Shown here in pieces: positions 23,458 to 47,885 of a stretch of 64,000 nt of DNA. The position numbers and the translations under genes were made by a program. The notes beneath the pieces are model-generated. The model saw only the letters and a list, made by a program, of their open reading frames with translations, was not told where the DNA came from and searched no databases. This DNA comes from Amoebidium appalachense. Taxonomy: Eukaryota; Protista; Ichthyosporea. Position 1 is the first letter of the stretch. The number at the start of each line of letters is the position of its first letter. The stretch spans positions 6,574,564 through 6,638,563 of the forward strand of contig CAVNZM010000004.1 in assembly GCA_963693365.1 (NCBI GenBank), read 5' to 3'.

Positions 23458-23714
23458 TGTCATGAAACAGAGCTTTTTGATGAAAACCCCTGAAGGTTGT
23501 CGCCTCACTCCTTTTATTGCAGGCACTCAAACCGCTCGACTTAAACGCCGTCCGCCAATCGGATGCCGGGGTTAAAAGTGCTAAACCGGTGCAGTCAATC
23601 AAAACCACTGGTTTGGGTGCATCTAATCGTCTTGGGCGGACTGGCTTTCGGTCACTTGGTCGTGCCTACACCCCTGCCAACGACTATCCTGAGGGTGGGT
23701 GGAGTCCACCCCCC

Positions 23715-23745
<31 letters not shown>

Positions 23746-23774
23746 AAAAAAAAAAAAACTCCCCCACCCAGGCC

Positions 23775-23814
<40 letters not shown>

Positions 23815-24139
23815 CCCATCCGGCTTTGGGGGCTTCCCATTGCTACCATTTCCCACTCTGCTCTATCTCGTGCATGGAAATAACCCATCCACTCACTCGA
23901 ACGGAAAAAAGCAGCTCAAAGAAAAAAAAAAAAAAAAGCCAACCCTCCCCTCCCCCCCCCCCCCCCCCCCCCCATTCTTCCCCCGCTGCACCGATCCAAT
24001 GAAAAGTGCCGCAAAAAGGTTGTGACCAGGCCACGTGGGAACAAAACTTCCTCGCCAACTTCTTGGTATGGTGTTGAATTGGCGGTTTTCTTTCCTCGAT
24101 GTCCATTCCACGCACACGCACACACACACACACGCACGG

Positions 24140-24183
<44 letters not shown>

Positions 24184-24365
24184 TACTGAGGCAGAAATCT
24201 ACACGCAAGATTCACACCTACACGTAGGCATATAGCCGCACACGTTGCACACACAGAGTTGTCCCCTTGCCCTTCCCATCCCCCCCCCCCCCCCCCCCCC
24301 CCCCACTTCACCCGGCTCCACTTTCACCTACGCCTCTTCCTCATGCAAGCACATGGGTTTCCGCA

Positions 24366-24424
<59 letters not shown>

Positions 24425-24558
24425 CCCCTACCCGTGCACAAGTTTGGCCTAGCCACCCTTGCAGCCGTATCAGCCTTTGACCCCCTCCAGTCCACTGCTG
24501 CCGACCTTTTTGGCCCAACCATGGCAACAGAGCTCCCGAGCCCCACATCATGTAAGAT

Positions 24559-24596
<38 letters not shown>

Positions 24597-24714
24597 TTTC
24601 TATTTCTAGTTCCTTTTTTTTCCGTTTTTTTTTTTTTTTTTTGGGGGGGGGGGGGTTTGGTTTTTAATTTATTTATTTTGTTTATTTATTTATTTATTTA
24701 TTTTTTATTTATTT

Positions 24715-24745
<31 letters not shown>

Positions 24746-24784
24746 GGGGTAGGGGGGTAGGGTAGGTTAAGTGGGGACAGAACC

Positions 24785-24820
<36 letters not shown>

Positions 24821-24870
24821 AAGAGGGAGAGAGAGAGAAAGAGAGAGAGAGAAAGAGAGAGAAAGAGAAC

Positions 24871-24904
<34 letters not shown>

Positions 24905-25084
24905 AGGGAGAGAGAGAAAAAGAGAGAGAGAGTCATTCAATGACAACACAGAAAGCACACGGGCACACACCACACGTGCACAAAGTGGGGATCATTGCCA
25001 GGGAACCACGTGCACATGCACTGACACAAGCAGACATGCAGAAAATCGTGATGGTCACTCAACAGTTCACTCATGTAGTCTTGT

Positions 25085-25127
<43 letters not shown>

Positions 25128-25569
25128 CCCCCCCCCCCCCCCCCCCCCCCCGCCCACACACACACTCACACACACACACACGCTGCGCGCACGCGCGCGC
25201 ACACGCTCACGATTGCAGCCTCCCACAGCTACCACCACCGTTCACGCCACCTTCATCCTCCTGTTGTGTATTGCTGGTCTTATTAAATTTTCAATGTGTG
25301 TAACCATAGTCTAATCCTGAACTCTTAACGTGTATTACCATAGTCCCATAGTCTAGATTCTAGAATATATCTTAGATTTATAACAACCACAAGTTCAATT
25401 ATAACTTCTTAATCATGTGTAGCCATTGGATCCTGAATTTTAGTGATTTTTTAACAACTGTGCAGCAGCAGGTTTCCCCCTGGAGATAGCCGAGCCCACC
25501 AAGGACGAGGGCAAAAAAAGGGAGCAGGGGGGATTGGGCTATGGCATGTTCGAGGTGGACTTCTTCTGA
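21531..25569 (+). CDS. Securin/PTTG-like disordered APC/C substrate (putative)
   Basis: Exons 21531-21600, 22989-23176, 23523-23694, 24423-24551 and 25472-25569 with consistent phases. N-terminal QDEN. D-box-like KRSFGSELTN and ERALKPLDLN. ANDYPE resembles human securin DDAYPE. Acidic/hydrophobic C-terminus EVDFF*. Confidence 0.55.
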
Positions 25570-26496
25570 ATATGCATATGGTTGCTAAAAATAGGTGCAT
25601 AGTGCTATTTTTGGCGTTTTTGGAGACTCCCGATGTATTCCCGTCTTATCTCAGAACTCTTTTTTGACTTTTCGTTCTTCTATCTTCTTCTATCTTCTTC
25701 TATCTCCCAATTACCCCATTGGAGAGAGAGAAAAAAGGAGCGACAATGCAGGCACACACCTCCTTATAGTGACGGTCGCTGATTCGTCCGTCTAGATTTA
25801 AAAGTGTTTATATCATAAGTGCGGAAAGCATTGTGTATTATACGGGGGTTTGGTTGGTTTGTAGGTAGATTTAAACACAGGTAATTACGTGGTCGAGCAA
25901 GGCTAGCACATATGCAATAGAGCAAGCTGTGTGATAGAGCGCTGTGCCTGTTAGCTTTGGGGTGTCGAAATGGCAATTTTGATGTTGGGGAAGTGGAATT
26001 TTGGCACCAGTTTTATATGGGATATATATGATAGCCGAGTGGATATATGTTGGGATATAATCACGAGCATGCAGTGTTTTACGGCTAATTGCCGGGACGT
26101 CTATGTATCTTGTGACATTGCAGACTGGCCCACATATTGGAGTGTAAAAGACCTTGTGCGGCTTTGGTGGGGGGGGGGGGGGGGGGGGGGTTTGTCTATA
26201 AGATTTATTTTGGGGGTATATTTGCATGATCATCCTCAGTATGTATACAGTATACGTACGTGAATAAATGACTGCAGTAGAAAATGTTTTCAACAGGTTA
26301 CACGAGCATTATCAATGTATTCCCCATCCCCCCCCCCCCCCCCCCCCCCCCCCCCAAAGCAACAACACACGAGCACACACACGTAAAGGGATTTATCCCG
26401 ACAATCCTTCACCGTATGCATGGGGAGGAAATTTAAATGGGGGGGGGGGGGGGGGGGGGGGGGAGGGGGGCACACTGTACGGTGTAGGGGAAGTGT

Positions 26497-26532
<36 letters not shown>

Positions 26533-26565
26533 TTTGTTTGTTTGTTTATTTGTCGGTGGGTGGGT

Positions 26566-26599
<34 letters not shown>

Positions 26600-27214
26600 C
26601 ACTTTTACACTATCGATTAGAAAAGCATGGCCACGGGATATATCACGAAATATCTTTTCTTTTTCGAGTTTTACTGGTAGTTATATGTACACGCATGGCA
26701 CTTGTTTACTAGCAGCCGCTAGTGTGTGAACAGTTGCGGCCTGGCAAATATACTCTAGATCTAAATTATCGATTTGGATATATTCTAACTCACATACGAT
26801 GTAGAATTCAAGTTAAGGTTTATGCACAGAGAAACCCGGGCAAAGGAGAAAAAAGCCAATTACACAAGCTGATCATTCGTAATTCGTGATTTCATTCTAC
26901 TTTTAACCCACTTCACTATGTACGTGTGTGGTGCATGCACACATGTTCAACATATGCAGATACAGCGACTAATCCCCCCCCTCCCCCCCCCCCCGCCCCG
27001 CGGACACAACCCGAGATGGGAACGTTAAGGGTTAAGGGGCCGCCCCTCCCTCCCGCTAAGTCACCCGTGAGTCCTCAGTTGCCTGCTGGGGCGGGGGGAG
27101 GGGGGGAAGGGGGGGGGGGGGGGGGGGGGAGGGGGGGGGGGGGGGGGAGGGGGATGACAGTTCAAAGTTATTAATTGATGAAGAATACTCGGTGCAACGA
27201 TGACGTTGGTGTGA

Positions 27215-34700
<7,486 letters not shown>

Positions 34701-35746
34701 GTTCCAAAAATGTAAAAGGATGTCCTCGCCAAGGCAATACTATGCAAAAATGGTGTGTGCTGTCATAACCAAGCGGAAAAGCGTGTTGTTCTCAGGTGAT
34801 TGTGGAGGTGTCTTGCAACATGTGCAGAAGCGTGTGAAAGGGCGCCACACGGCTACAGTTGGTTTCTTACGAGATAAAATATACTGCTGCCCATATAAGT
34901 GAAGAAAATTTCTTCCCTCTCATAGAATCTACACTAATAAGAGTAAAATCCTGACTTGGAGAAATGCGGTGCCTTTAGCATCCACCGGATTCCAATCGGT
35001 GTTGTTCCTCGTTTTCTCTTGTGTGCCTGCTCACTTGGAATGGAGCAAAAATGGTCAAAATTACTTGAGGTAGTGATGGAACGAAATCAAGTCGTGATGG
35101 AACAATTTACGGGCAGAGGGAGATATACCTGGTGAAGCATTTGTAAAGAACTATTGAGTTAAAATGTAGCAACATGGATGTTGCAACATGCATATGGAAG
35201 CATTTGACTTGTCGCAGACGTCAGCCAAACAGATCAGAAGCTGTTGTGAAAACATGAAATAGATCTCACGATTTCTAAGAATGGATTGGCTAATACCTTT
35301 TTATTTATGAGTTATCATTGGTACAGCGCACTTTCGAAGATCTCCAAAGACACTCCAGCATGGGGCACATGCAGAATATTCACGTCGGCTGAGTTTTAAA
35401 ACAACATAATTTGATGCTTTGTTTAGTCTTCAAGTCTTTATTATATCTCATAAAAAATATAAAATAAACTAAAAAATATTACTACATTGACAAGTATTGA
35501 ATTGCATATGTATTAATCAAGGCAAGGTACTCACGTAGATTTCCGCCGCACGACCAATTTTTTCTGGGGGGATCTTTCAGCCCCACTCTGGCAGAAAGCC
35601 TTTTTCCGTTTATTCTCGACTCTCGAAAGGCTTGCCGCGAGTAAGTTTTTTGCCTGGCTGTCACTTTGCATCACTTCGGTCGAATTAGAACCTTTTTTTT
35701 TTTTAAACCCTCTGTTTTTCTCTCCTTTTCCGCACAACACAGAAAC

Positions 35747-37659
35747 ATGAGTCTTCCAAGCACCATGCGCGCTGCCGTGCAGCTCGCGTACGGCGTGAAC
35801 AAGGAGGCCATCCAAGTCAAGGAAGTGCCCCTCCCCCAGTTCGATGAGAACAGCGACATGGTCCTTGTGCAAGTGCACGCCGCAGCCATCAACCCCGTGG
35901 ACTACAAATTGGCTCGAGGGGACATGAAGGCCTTCATGGGTCGCGAGTTTCCGCATGTCTTGGGTTTTGATGCCGCGGGGGTGGTGGTGAAGGTCGGCTC
36001 CAAATGTGCACGGATTAAGGTCGGGGATGAAGTGTACGGGGACACACTTGACCGTGGGTCTATGGCCGAGTATGTTGCTGCGCCCGAGGCCTATTTTTGC
36101 GCAAAGCCAACCAACGTGACATTTGAGGAGGCGGCCAGCATTCCCCTCGCTGTGCTCACTGCCTACCAGGTAGCCCATACCCTCTCATTTTTCATCAGCG
36201 GTTTTTCTTTCCTTGATGTCGTGCTGCACACCTCGCTGGCGCTCTCAACATCCCCCCGTCCCTCCCCCCCCCCTCCCCTACCCCCCTCCCCCCACCTTAC
36301 CTCCCCCCTTCCCCTCCCGTATACTCATTCCCCTAGATTCCCTGAACCTTTCTTTATTGTTCTGTGTTCCTGTCCCACGTCCCCTCTCTCCTACATCCCC
36401 TTTGTTCTCAGAAATGAAAGCGGCTTTCATAGACTTTCACAGCTCACCCTGAGTGCTTCTACGTATGCCCTCGGTTTTTCAGTCTCGTTCTAGATATGAT
36501 GCCAAACCTCATGTCTATTTGCCTACGTTCTTAGTCTACCTCTTTCCCACCTGTCTACTTCTCCTTTCTTTTATTCCCTCTGCTCCTGTGAAGGCTTCAG
36601 AAGGCTTTCAATTTGCACGAAACATGTTTGCTGTCAAGTTAATTGGTATCCATGCCTTTTTGTCAGCCTCTAGGCTCTAATGCCTCCACATTCCCCTAGT
36701 GCCAGTAAACATTGTCAGAACTGCCCTACGCAACGAACATCCTCCCATCTACCCCCCCCCCCCCCCCCCCCCCCCGGCGCCGCCGGGTGCCGCCTTCCCT
36801 TCTGGCTATTCGCTTGCCTTGTTAGCCCCTTTTCAGTGCCTGCTAAGTATACTCAAGGCTCCACCTCCTCTTAATCTTGACACTGACAACTGCACCACAC
36901 ACTGTTGAGCGCTGGGGGAAAGGGGGAGGTGGGGGGGTAGGGGGAGAGAGAAGGAGGGGGGAGGGTGGGTGAGGGCAGGGGGGGGGGGGGATATTTTACT
37001 GCTTTTTTTCAAAAAATGAAAGCATACTTCGCTGAACATGAACAAAACATTTACCCACAAAGGGCCTCAAGAACCAACTCCAAGTGAAAGCAGGTGACAA
37101 GGTGCTGATTCTCGGTGGGTCGGGCGGTGTTGGCAGCCTTGCGATCCAGGTGGCCAAGGTCATGGGCCTCACAGTGGTGACAACATCAAGCAACGTGGAC
37201 CTGTGCAAGCAGCTTGGCGCCGACCGTGTTATCAACTACAAGAACGAGAAATGGGAGGATGTGCTGAAGGGCGAGAATTTCGACGCCGTGTATGACTGCG
37301 TGGGGGAGGCGTGGCCCGCTGCAGTGGGCGTGCTCAAGGCCAAGGGAGGAAAATTTACCACCATTGTCGGTGACAAGAATGATGCCACCGTCACCTTCGG
37401 CGCGATTGCATCCACGGCTGGGGCTGTCATCTACAGGGGTCTTTCTGGATGGTTGGGTTTGGCACCTTCCTACTCGTTTTTCCTGACAGATGCGACGGAT
37501 TACAAGAGTCTGGAGCAGGTGAAGGAATGGGTCGAGAAGGGTGTGGTGAAGCCGCTGCTTGACCCCAAGGGAATCTACACGCTTGATACGGCGGTGGAGA
37601 TGTTTGAGCACATGATGACTCACCGGGCCAAGGGTAAACTGGTGATGAAGATTAGGTAG
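35747..37659 (+). CDS. NADPH:quinone oxidoreductase / zinc-independent MDR (zeta-crystallin/RTN4IP1-like)
   Basis: Exons 35747-36169 and 37063-37659. Motifs AAAINPVDYK, LGFDAAGVV, GGSGGVG (Rossmann), LGADRVINY, RAKGKLV. Probable 5'UTR intron 35641-35742. Confidence 0.93.
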
Positions 37660-38376
37660 GGGAGTCGGAAGAGTCTGAGCGTGTATGGTTATGCAATTCC
37701 GGCATATAGGACTGGTTGGCAGGCACTTTTTTTTTGGGGGGGGGGGGGGGGGTAGCACCTGGCAAACGAGGGGCATTAGGCACCGGTTGCGAGGCACGCG
37801 TACAAGGGGGGAGGGTCGAAGGGGAGGAAGGAGGGGGGGGGGGGGGGGGGGGGGGGGGCTGCTATTTAGTTATAACATCGTGAGCAATTCTTCAACATTA
37901 GCTTTAGTACAGACTGACTTACAGCAGTGAAGCATGTGCACATATGATGCATCCGTGTTCTCTATATGTACTTGTATATATTTAAGTGAAAATCCTATTG
38001 TACACACTAGGCTTCTGAGGCCACTGTTGTTGAGATTCATTCACCTGGATTATGGAATGGCTGTGTGTATTGAACATCAAATTAACACGGTACCGTGACT
38101 CATTCGTTGCAGGTGGAAATGAGAATTGCTCGCTGAACTGATCCCATATGCATCCTGTCGTGTTAAACTTATTCTAGGTGGTAATCATGAAATGCTCGTG
38201 TGTAGTCACTTGCTGTGAACGGAAAACGTTTGTGGCCGGGAGGGCAGTGGTGGGTTCGTCGGATGCGGTTGAAGGGAAAAGGGAGCTCAACGTAAGAGGA
38301 GAAAGGGGGGAGGGAGAGGGGGGGGGGGGGAGGGAGGGAGGGAGGGAGAGGGGGAGGGAGGGAGGGAGGGAGGGAG

Positions 38377-38425
<49 letters not shown>

Positions 38426-38456
38426 ATGTGCATGGACGATCCACGAGAGGCGGCGG

Positions 38457-38489
<33 letters not shown>

Positions 38490-39055
38490 GTGTTGCATAT
38501 GGTCCGAGACGGGAACGACACACACATTACATCCTCAAACACACACACTTCACATCCTCAAACACAGAGCCAAACCATATGAGACCTGAGTCAAGAAAAA
38601 ATCAGTGGTGGGTCTGCTAAAGCGAATTGCAGAAAAGCAGGAGACAACTGACAATATCACAATCTCATCTCAAAAAGGCAACTCAGTCAGTCGGTTTAAA
38701 TTTATCTTTTGTTTTCTTGGGCAGCCTGCCGCTGGGATCTATACATGCGGTGACGTAATTCCGACTTTCACCCCTAGGCCTATATATCCTTGCCTCGCCA
38801 AATAAGGCATCACAGCTGTATACTCTTGCCTTATATGGAAGGGGACGTCCAATAACATTACCAGTTCAACCCCCACACAACATTCCCAGTGCACATATTT
38901 GACGTCGACAAACCACCCCACACCTCCGCCACACCTCTCCTCCTATTAATTAACCGAAATTTCAGTGCCAGTTTGCACAACGCAATGCGCACCCTCCAGC
39001 TCCCATTGACCAATCAACACACAGTTATATAAATTTAAAACTTTAATCAAGCGGT

Positions 39056-39281
39056 CTAAATGGACATGCCGATCCACAACATCAGGAACATTGTGCCGGT
39101 ACCGAGGAAGCAGGAAGCCACGACAGCCAAAAACAACTCGGCAAAGATGCTGCGTGTCTTGGTGCTGTTCTTCATCTCGTAGCTGAAAACGGGGGAAATG
39201 ATGGTGTCAGTGATATGGAGGGATAAACAAAAAAACAGCCCCCCCCCCCCCCCCTTCCCCGGGGCTCCCGGAGGGGTGTGG

Positions 39282-39318
<37 letters not shown>

Positions 39319-39329
39319 TTGGGGGGGGG

Positions 39330-39377
<48 letters not shown>

Positions 39378-39528
39378 GGGGCTGCAAAATGTGTGTGTTT
39401 TGGGGGGGGAGGGGGGGGGGATTCTGCCGGTGTGTGTGCGCATGTGTTTGTATGTGTGTGCACGCGCATGTGTGAGTGGTGTGTGCGCATGTGTGTGTGG
39501 GTGCGCACGCGCACGTCCGTGTATGAAT

Positions 39529-39559
<31 letters not shown>

Positions 39560-40381
39560 CGCGTCTGTGTGTGCGTGTGCGTGTGCATGCGAGCGCGCAC
39601 ACACGCACACACACACACACACGCACACACGCACACACACACACGAGGTGAGGTGAGGAGTAAAAACACGAATAAACTTACAGGACATGGAAAGGAGCAT
39701 AAACAAAACAAAACAAAACAAAATCAATGCAGCGAGAATCAAAAAAAGAGAGGAGCAAAAAATGAACAAACATACAGGGGGAGCAGCAAAAACATAGTTA
39801 ACTTAAAGTTAAGAGGAAGAGGAGCAAAAAGTACGAACTAACTTACAGAGAAAATACAGAGAAAGGGGTAAAAACACATCTTAATTAACTTACAGGGAGA
39901 TAAGCAACAACATATATAAGCTTACAAGGAGAGGAGCATAAACAAACCCCCCCCCCCCCTCCCCCCCCCCCAAAAAAAAAAAAAAAAAAAGAGAGAGAGA
40001 GAGAGAGAAAAAAGGGGGCAGGAACAAACATTACAAACATTTTTTTTTTTTTTTTTGGTGGGGGTGTGGGGTGTGTGTGTGTGTGTGTGTGTCTGTGAAG
40101 GGGGGGGGGGGGGGAGGGGGGGGGGGGGGGGGGGGACAAAAACACAAATCAACTTACAGGGAGAAGAGGGCGAGGAAGACCAGGCCGAGGGCCAGCAGCA
40201 GCACGGAGAGAGTCGGGTAGCTGCCGGCACTGACCATGGAGATGTATGGCCGGTAGTCAACCACAGACGACTGTGTGTGTGTGTACGTGTACGTGTGTCC
40301 GTGTTGACGTTAATGTGTACGGGTGTTTGTGTGTGTGTGTGCATATGTACCTGAGTGTGTGTGTCCGCGCATACATGCACA

Positions 40382-40453
<72 letters not shown>

Positions 40454-40500
40454 TGTGTTTGTGTTTGTGCGTGTGTTCTCTTTTCGGTTTTTTTTTTTTT

Positions 40501-40531
<31 letters not shown>

Positions 40532-42284
40532 GGGGTTTGAATGCGTCAAAAAGTACGAAGTACACAAGAACAAACGGGCCGGTAAGTGCGCGGTAGAAAG
40601 CACGCTGTAGTGAGATAGGCGACTGGGAGCCGAAAGCCTGGATGTAGGGAAAAGTAGGGAGCAAACACCCAAAGGGGAGGCGAGGGAGAGTTTAGAGCAC
40701 GCCATTAAGCACGAAGTGTACTTGCACGGGAGAACACAATGCAGAGTACAAACCACACATACAGAGTATGCATAAAAAGCAAAACCCACCCTCGGGAGGG
40801 GGGGGGGGGGGGGGGGGAGGCAAGTCCATGCGCGGACGCGGGGATGGGGGGAGGCGAGGGGGGCAGGGGGAGGCGGGGGAGGGGGAGGGGGAGGGAGGGA
40901 GGGAGGAGGGGATAGGGTGTACTACACGGATTACAGACACAAAGATCAAGAAACACATGCAACACAACACATATCACAGAGAGCCCTCGGATGCAAAAGA
41001 AAAAAAATACCATTCTCTTCAGGATAACGAAAAAGTTGTGTGTGTGTGGGGAGAGGGGGGTGGAGGGGAAGTGGGGGAGCACGTGTCTGTGTTTGTGTCT
41101 GCCTGCGTGTGCATGAGTGTGTGTGTGTGTGTGTTTGTGTCCATGTGCGTGTTCCATTATGTGTGTGTGTGTGTGTGTGCGTTTGTGTATGTGTATCTGT
41201 GTGTGTGTGTGCATGTGTGTCTGTGTGTGCACACACGTGCGTTTGCATGTGGGCCAGTGAGAAGGGGGGGAGGGGAGGGGAGAGGGGGGGGAGGAGTACA
41301 CAGACATATACAAGTGAGGACCCCCCCCCCCCCCCCCAGCAGTGCAGCATCACACAATGCCCAGTATCAGGTACACAATACCCACCCCCCCCCCCCTCCC
41401 CTCCCCCCCCCTCCCCCCCCCCCCCCCCCCCCCCCCCCAAACACACACACACAAAAAAAAAAGTGCACTGACAATTTTTCTTGCCTCGTCCCTTCTAACC
41501 CCTCCCCCCCCCCCCCCCCCACCTCCTTCCCACACCCCACCACCACCACCACAACCTGATTGACCGAAACACTTGGGTTTGGCCGAACAACCCAATAGCA
41601 ATCTCCCCCCTCCCCCCCCCCCTCCCCCCCTCCCCCTCCCCCTTCTCCCGACACAACGTAAAAGGGGGACTTTATTATCATGTATGCATAAAAGGGGAAA
41701 AAAAGAAAGAAAAAGAAAAGAAAAGAAAAGAAAGGCTGCCAACATCCCATGAATGGTATGTTTGCCCAAACAAGCATGTATATGCTCCCCCCCCATCCCC
41801 CCCTTCCCCCCCCCCCCACCCTACTCCCCCAGCACACGTATGTTTTACATAGTCTGAACCATCGATACCATCTCCCCCTGTGCTTCCCCCCTTCCCTTCC
41901 CCCCCCCCCCCCCCCCCCCGCGCCAAGCACACACACACGCACACATAAATACATACACTTGTATACCATAACCCCTAACACACACCTCTTCCACAAAAAC
42001 CCCGCTCACCACCACCCCCTCCCACCAACCCACACCACCTCTCCCTTTTCCATACTGCTCCCTGAAGCTCGCTTTCGCACAGGTTTCGGCCTGACATGTC
42101 ATTACACCCTCTCCCTCCTTCTCCCACTTCATACCTTTCACTACCAAAAGTGACCCACATTTTAGGCTCCAACTCTTTCCCATAATCCACCTCCCTCCCC
42201 TCCCTCCCCCCCCTCCTCCCACACACACACAAAAAAAAAAAAGACACCCACACACCCACCCACACCCCCACCCACCCACCCACC

Positions 42285-42341
<57 letters not shown>

Positions 42342-42629
42342 AGACACACACACACACACACCTCCGCCTGTTCTATGCCCAATAGAACTACTAAAACAAC
42401 AAACTACTTTGCTTCTTTCACACAAGCAGCCATAGTTGTGTGTGTGTGCGCATGAGTGCGAGAAGCTGGCAGTGTGGGTACACACACACTTCTGATGACG
42501 CACAGAAATCAGACACAAGTGAAAGAGTCTCCCTGTCGAGTGATGTGCAACAAAAGAAACAAAATCAGTGTGGAATACTCAGAGTAAATACTGTCGAAAC
42601 GTGTTCAAAAATAGCACGGTACGTACCAT
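39056..42629 (-). CDS. TMEM258: Oligosaccharyltransferase subunit TMEM258/Ost5
   Basis: Coding exon 1 is ATG only (42629-42627, donor GTACGT), then 40270-40158 and 39182-39056. Protein [80 protein letters not shown] matches the two-TM TMEM258 pattern (YE..ST..TR.I..EL....VAS.F.G.G..FL.LW.G). Confidence 0.9.
39655..40170 (-). repeat. Degenerate tandem array of the exon2/intron2 junction (CTCCCT GTAAGTT...TGTTTTT)
   Basis: Plus-strand AACTTACAG-like copies near 39676, 39770, 39840, 39887, 39920, 40028 and the real donor at 40151-40160, each with a similar flank. Confidence 0.65.
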
Positions 42630-43079
42630 TTTCTTTCGTATAAAATTCACACGGAAGTGCAGACACGGAGTTTGTTGATTGATGGATGCGGGTGCTTCTG
42701 CAGCCCCTACACAACGACCTATAAGCCAGCAAAATGTAGACTTAAAAAAATTGGTCTTCGTGGCTCGAATAGCTACGATGAGAAGATTCAAACCCAGTAA
42801 AGCCCTATAAATTTTGCTCCTCTCTGCTGTCTGTCTGTCACAAAGTTGCTTTGAATTTCTCGTTTGTTCCGCTGCGGCGCTGCTGGCGCCATTTTCATGA
42901 TTTGCCCCCCCTCTGTCGCTAAGCAGTTGATTGGTTTAAGCTTTTGCAATAGCTATTTATGGCTATATATTTACGCAAAATGATCGTGCCGGATCCTCAC
43001 GGATTCTTTTTTTTTTTTTTTTGGCAGCGCGAACTTTGCAGGTCTCTTTTCTCCCAAGTCAAACACAACCACCTACAAC

Positions 43080-45967
<2,888 letters not shown>

Positions 45968-46330
45968 GTTTAAGGGTTTTTTAAACCGATGTATTGGTTG
46001 GTTTTTTAATTTATTTGCGGTGCTGTTTCTGGTTCCAGCGCTTTGTATTGTCAATGAAGTTTTTGTGTGTTGATTGCTCACATGTTGCACTATTTGGGCA
46101 CTTTGCCGTTGGACACGCCCGTGCACACGAATATGCAATACACGCACACGTGCGCACGTGCAAACAAACAAAAAAAGTGAAGGGGCAAAAACCACCGACC
46201 ACGTCTTTTGGTTGATGCTAGGCATCCTCCCTGCCGGTCTATAAGTTTTCCATTGCAACCTTTTCCCTCTACGGTTTCTCTGCTACCCCTTTGTTTTATA
46301 CCCTCTCTTTCCTCCCCCCCCCTCTCCCCC

Positions 46331-46361
<31 letters not shown>

Positions 46362-46661
46362 ACACACACCACTCCACCCACCCCCCCCCCCCACCCCACG
46401 ACCACCCTCCCCTTTCCCCACCACATGTCTATTAATGTGCTCTGTTATCATGACGTTCCTTGAGCTTGGTGTTTTCCCTTGTGACTTCCGGGAAGCCTGT
46501 CTTAAAGGCTTTAAGTTCTGTAAATGCAAGAATGATGGTGCACACCATATGATGATTATGTCTTTGAACCTGCATGTGTAAGGGGCCCATGTGTGCATGG
46601 CATTACCCCCACCCCGCGCGCGAATATACACGTGTGTGTGTGCACGCGTGTGGACAGTTTT

Positions 46662-46696
<35 letters not shown>

Positions 46697-46781
46697 TGTG
46701 TTTCTTTGTTGTGTATTACATGTGTGTGTGTGTTTGTGTGTGCGTGTGTTGTTGTTGTTGTTGTTGTTGTTGGGGGCGGCT

Positions 46782-46837
<56 letters not shown>

Positions 46838-47420
46838 AATGACGTGTGGTACTGTATATATTCGAAGCGTCATCGGATAGGCTTTATTTATCAAACACCA
46901 TTGGCTGACAAGTCATCAAGCCACAGGCTTCACAGAGACTCTTCAACAATAATTCACAATATTCCTACTTTTTTAATAGTTGTATAAATATTTTAACTAT
47001 GATCCCAAGTAAGTGGTATTCGTATTACAGTGCTAAGTAGGAGTGATATTCAAAGAATAACTATGTTACATACACTGCCGTTATCTTTAAAGTGACAGAA
47101 GCATGCTTTATCCCACCTAATGTAGGCACGCGTCATAGCTCATATATAATATATGTAAGTGGATGCAACCTTAAAATTACTTCAGACAGCAACGAGCATG
47201 TATATCTCGCGTATATCTCAGAGTCCGTGTAAAAAATTTCCTGGTTGGTCCTATCAATCCACAAATAGGGGGGGGTTGTTGAGAACATCTGATTCTCTTA
47301 TCGATTTTTGACCTTCAACACCTGCGCGCGTACTCTACTATCTGGCAAAAGCCAGAAATACCACTTACACAATCTTAATCCAACGTGAAGAAAGCAAGAT
47401 GGTTAAAACAGTTTTCTTAA

Positions 47421-47885
47421 GGTAGCTGGAACCATGCAATTGCGGCGATCGGTCTCCGGGCCAAATTCATATGAAAAACAGGGTTACATCGAGAGTGAAA
47501 AGGTACACCAATTATGCGCTAGAGCTATAATTTTTGCATGATAATAATGTAAATAGTGTTTTCTTCAAACGTTTGGTACAGAAAAATTATAACTCAATTG
47601 GCTCAGCCAGCGACAGAAAAACCAACTGCACCAAATCTGGTACGTTTTAATAGTACTGAAATGTATCAGATTTGGTGCAGTTGGTTTTCTGTCGCTGACG
47701 CTGAACCAATTGAGTTATAATTTTTCTGTACCAAACGTTTGAAGAAACACTATTTACATAATTATCATGCAAAAATTATAGCTCTAGCGCATAATTGGTG
47801 TACCTTTTCACTCTCAATGTAACCCTGTTTTTCATATAAATTTGGCCCGGGGACCGATCGCCGCAATTGCATGGTTTCATCCTCG
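47421..47885. mobile_element. Palindromic non-autonomous DNA transposon (MITE/foldback) flanked by TTAA, Kolobok- or piggyBac-like
   Basis: Arms of about 225 bp are near-perfect reverse complements (AACCATGCAATTGCGGCGATCGG...CCGATCGCCGCAATTGCATGGTT) around a loop of a few nt at about 47652. TTAA at 47417-47420 and 47886-47889. Confidence 0.85.

Noticed and set aside
26903-27040. TTAACCC...GGGTTAA resembling piggyBac ends
   Set aside because: The match does not extend beyond 7 bp.
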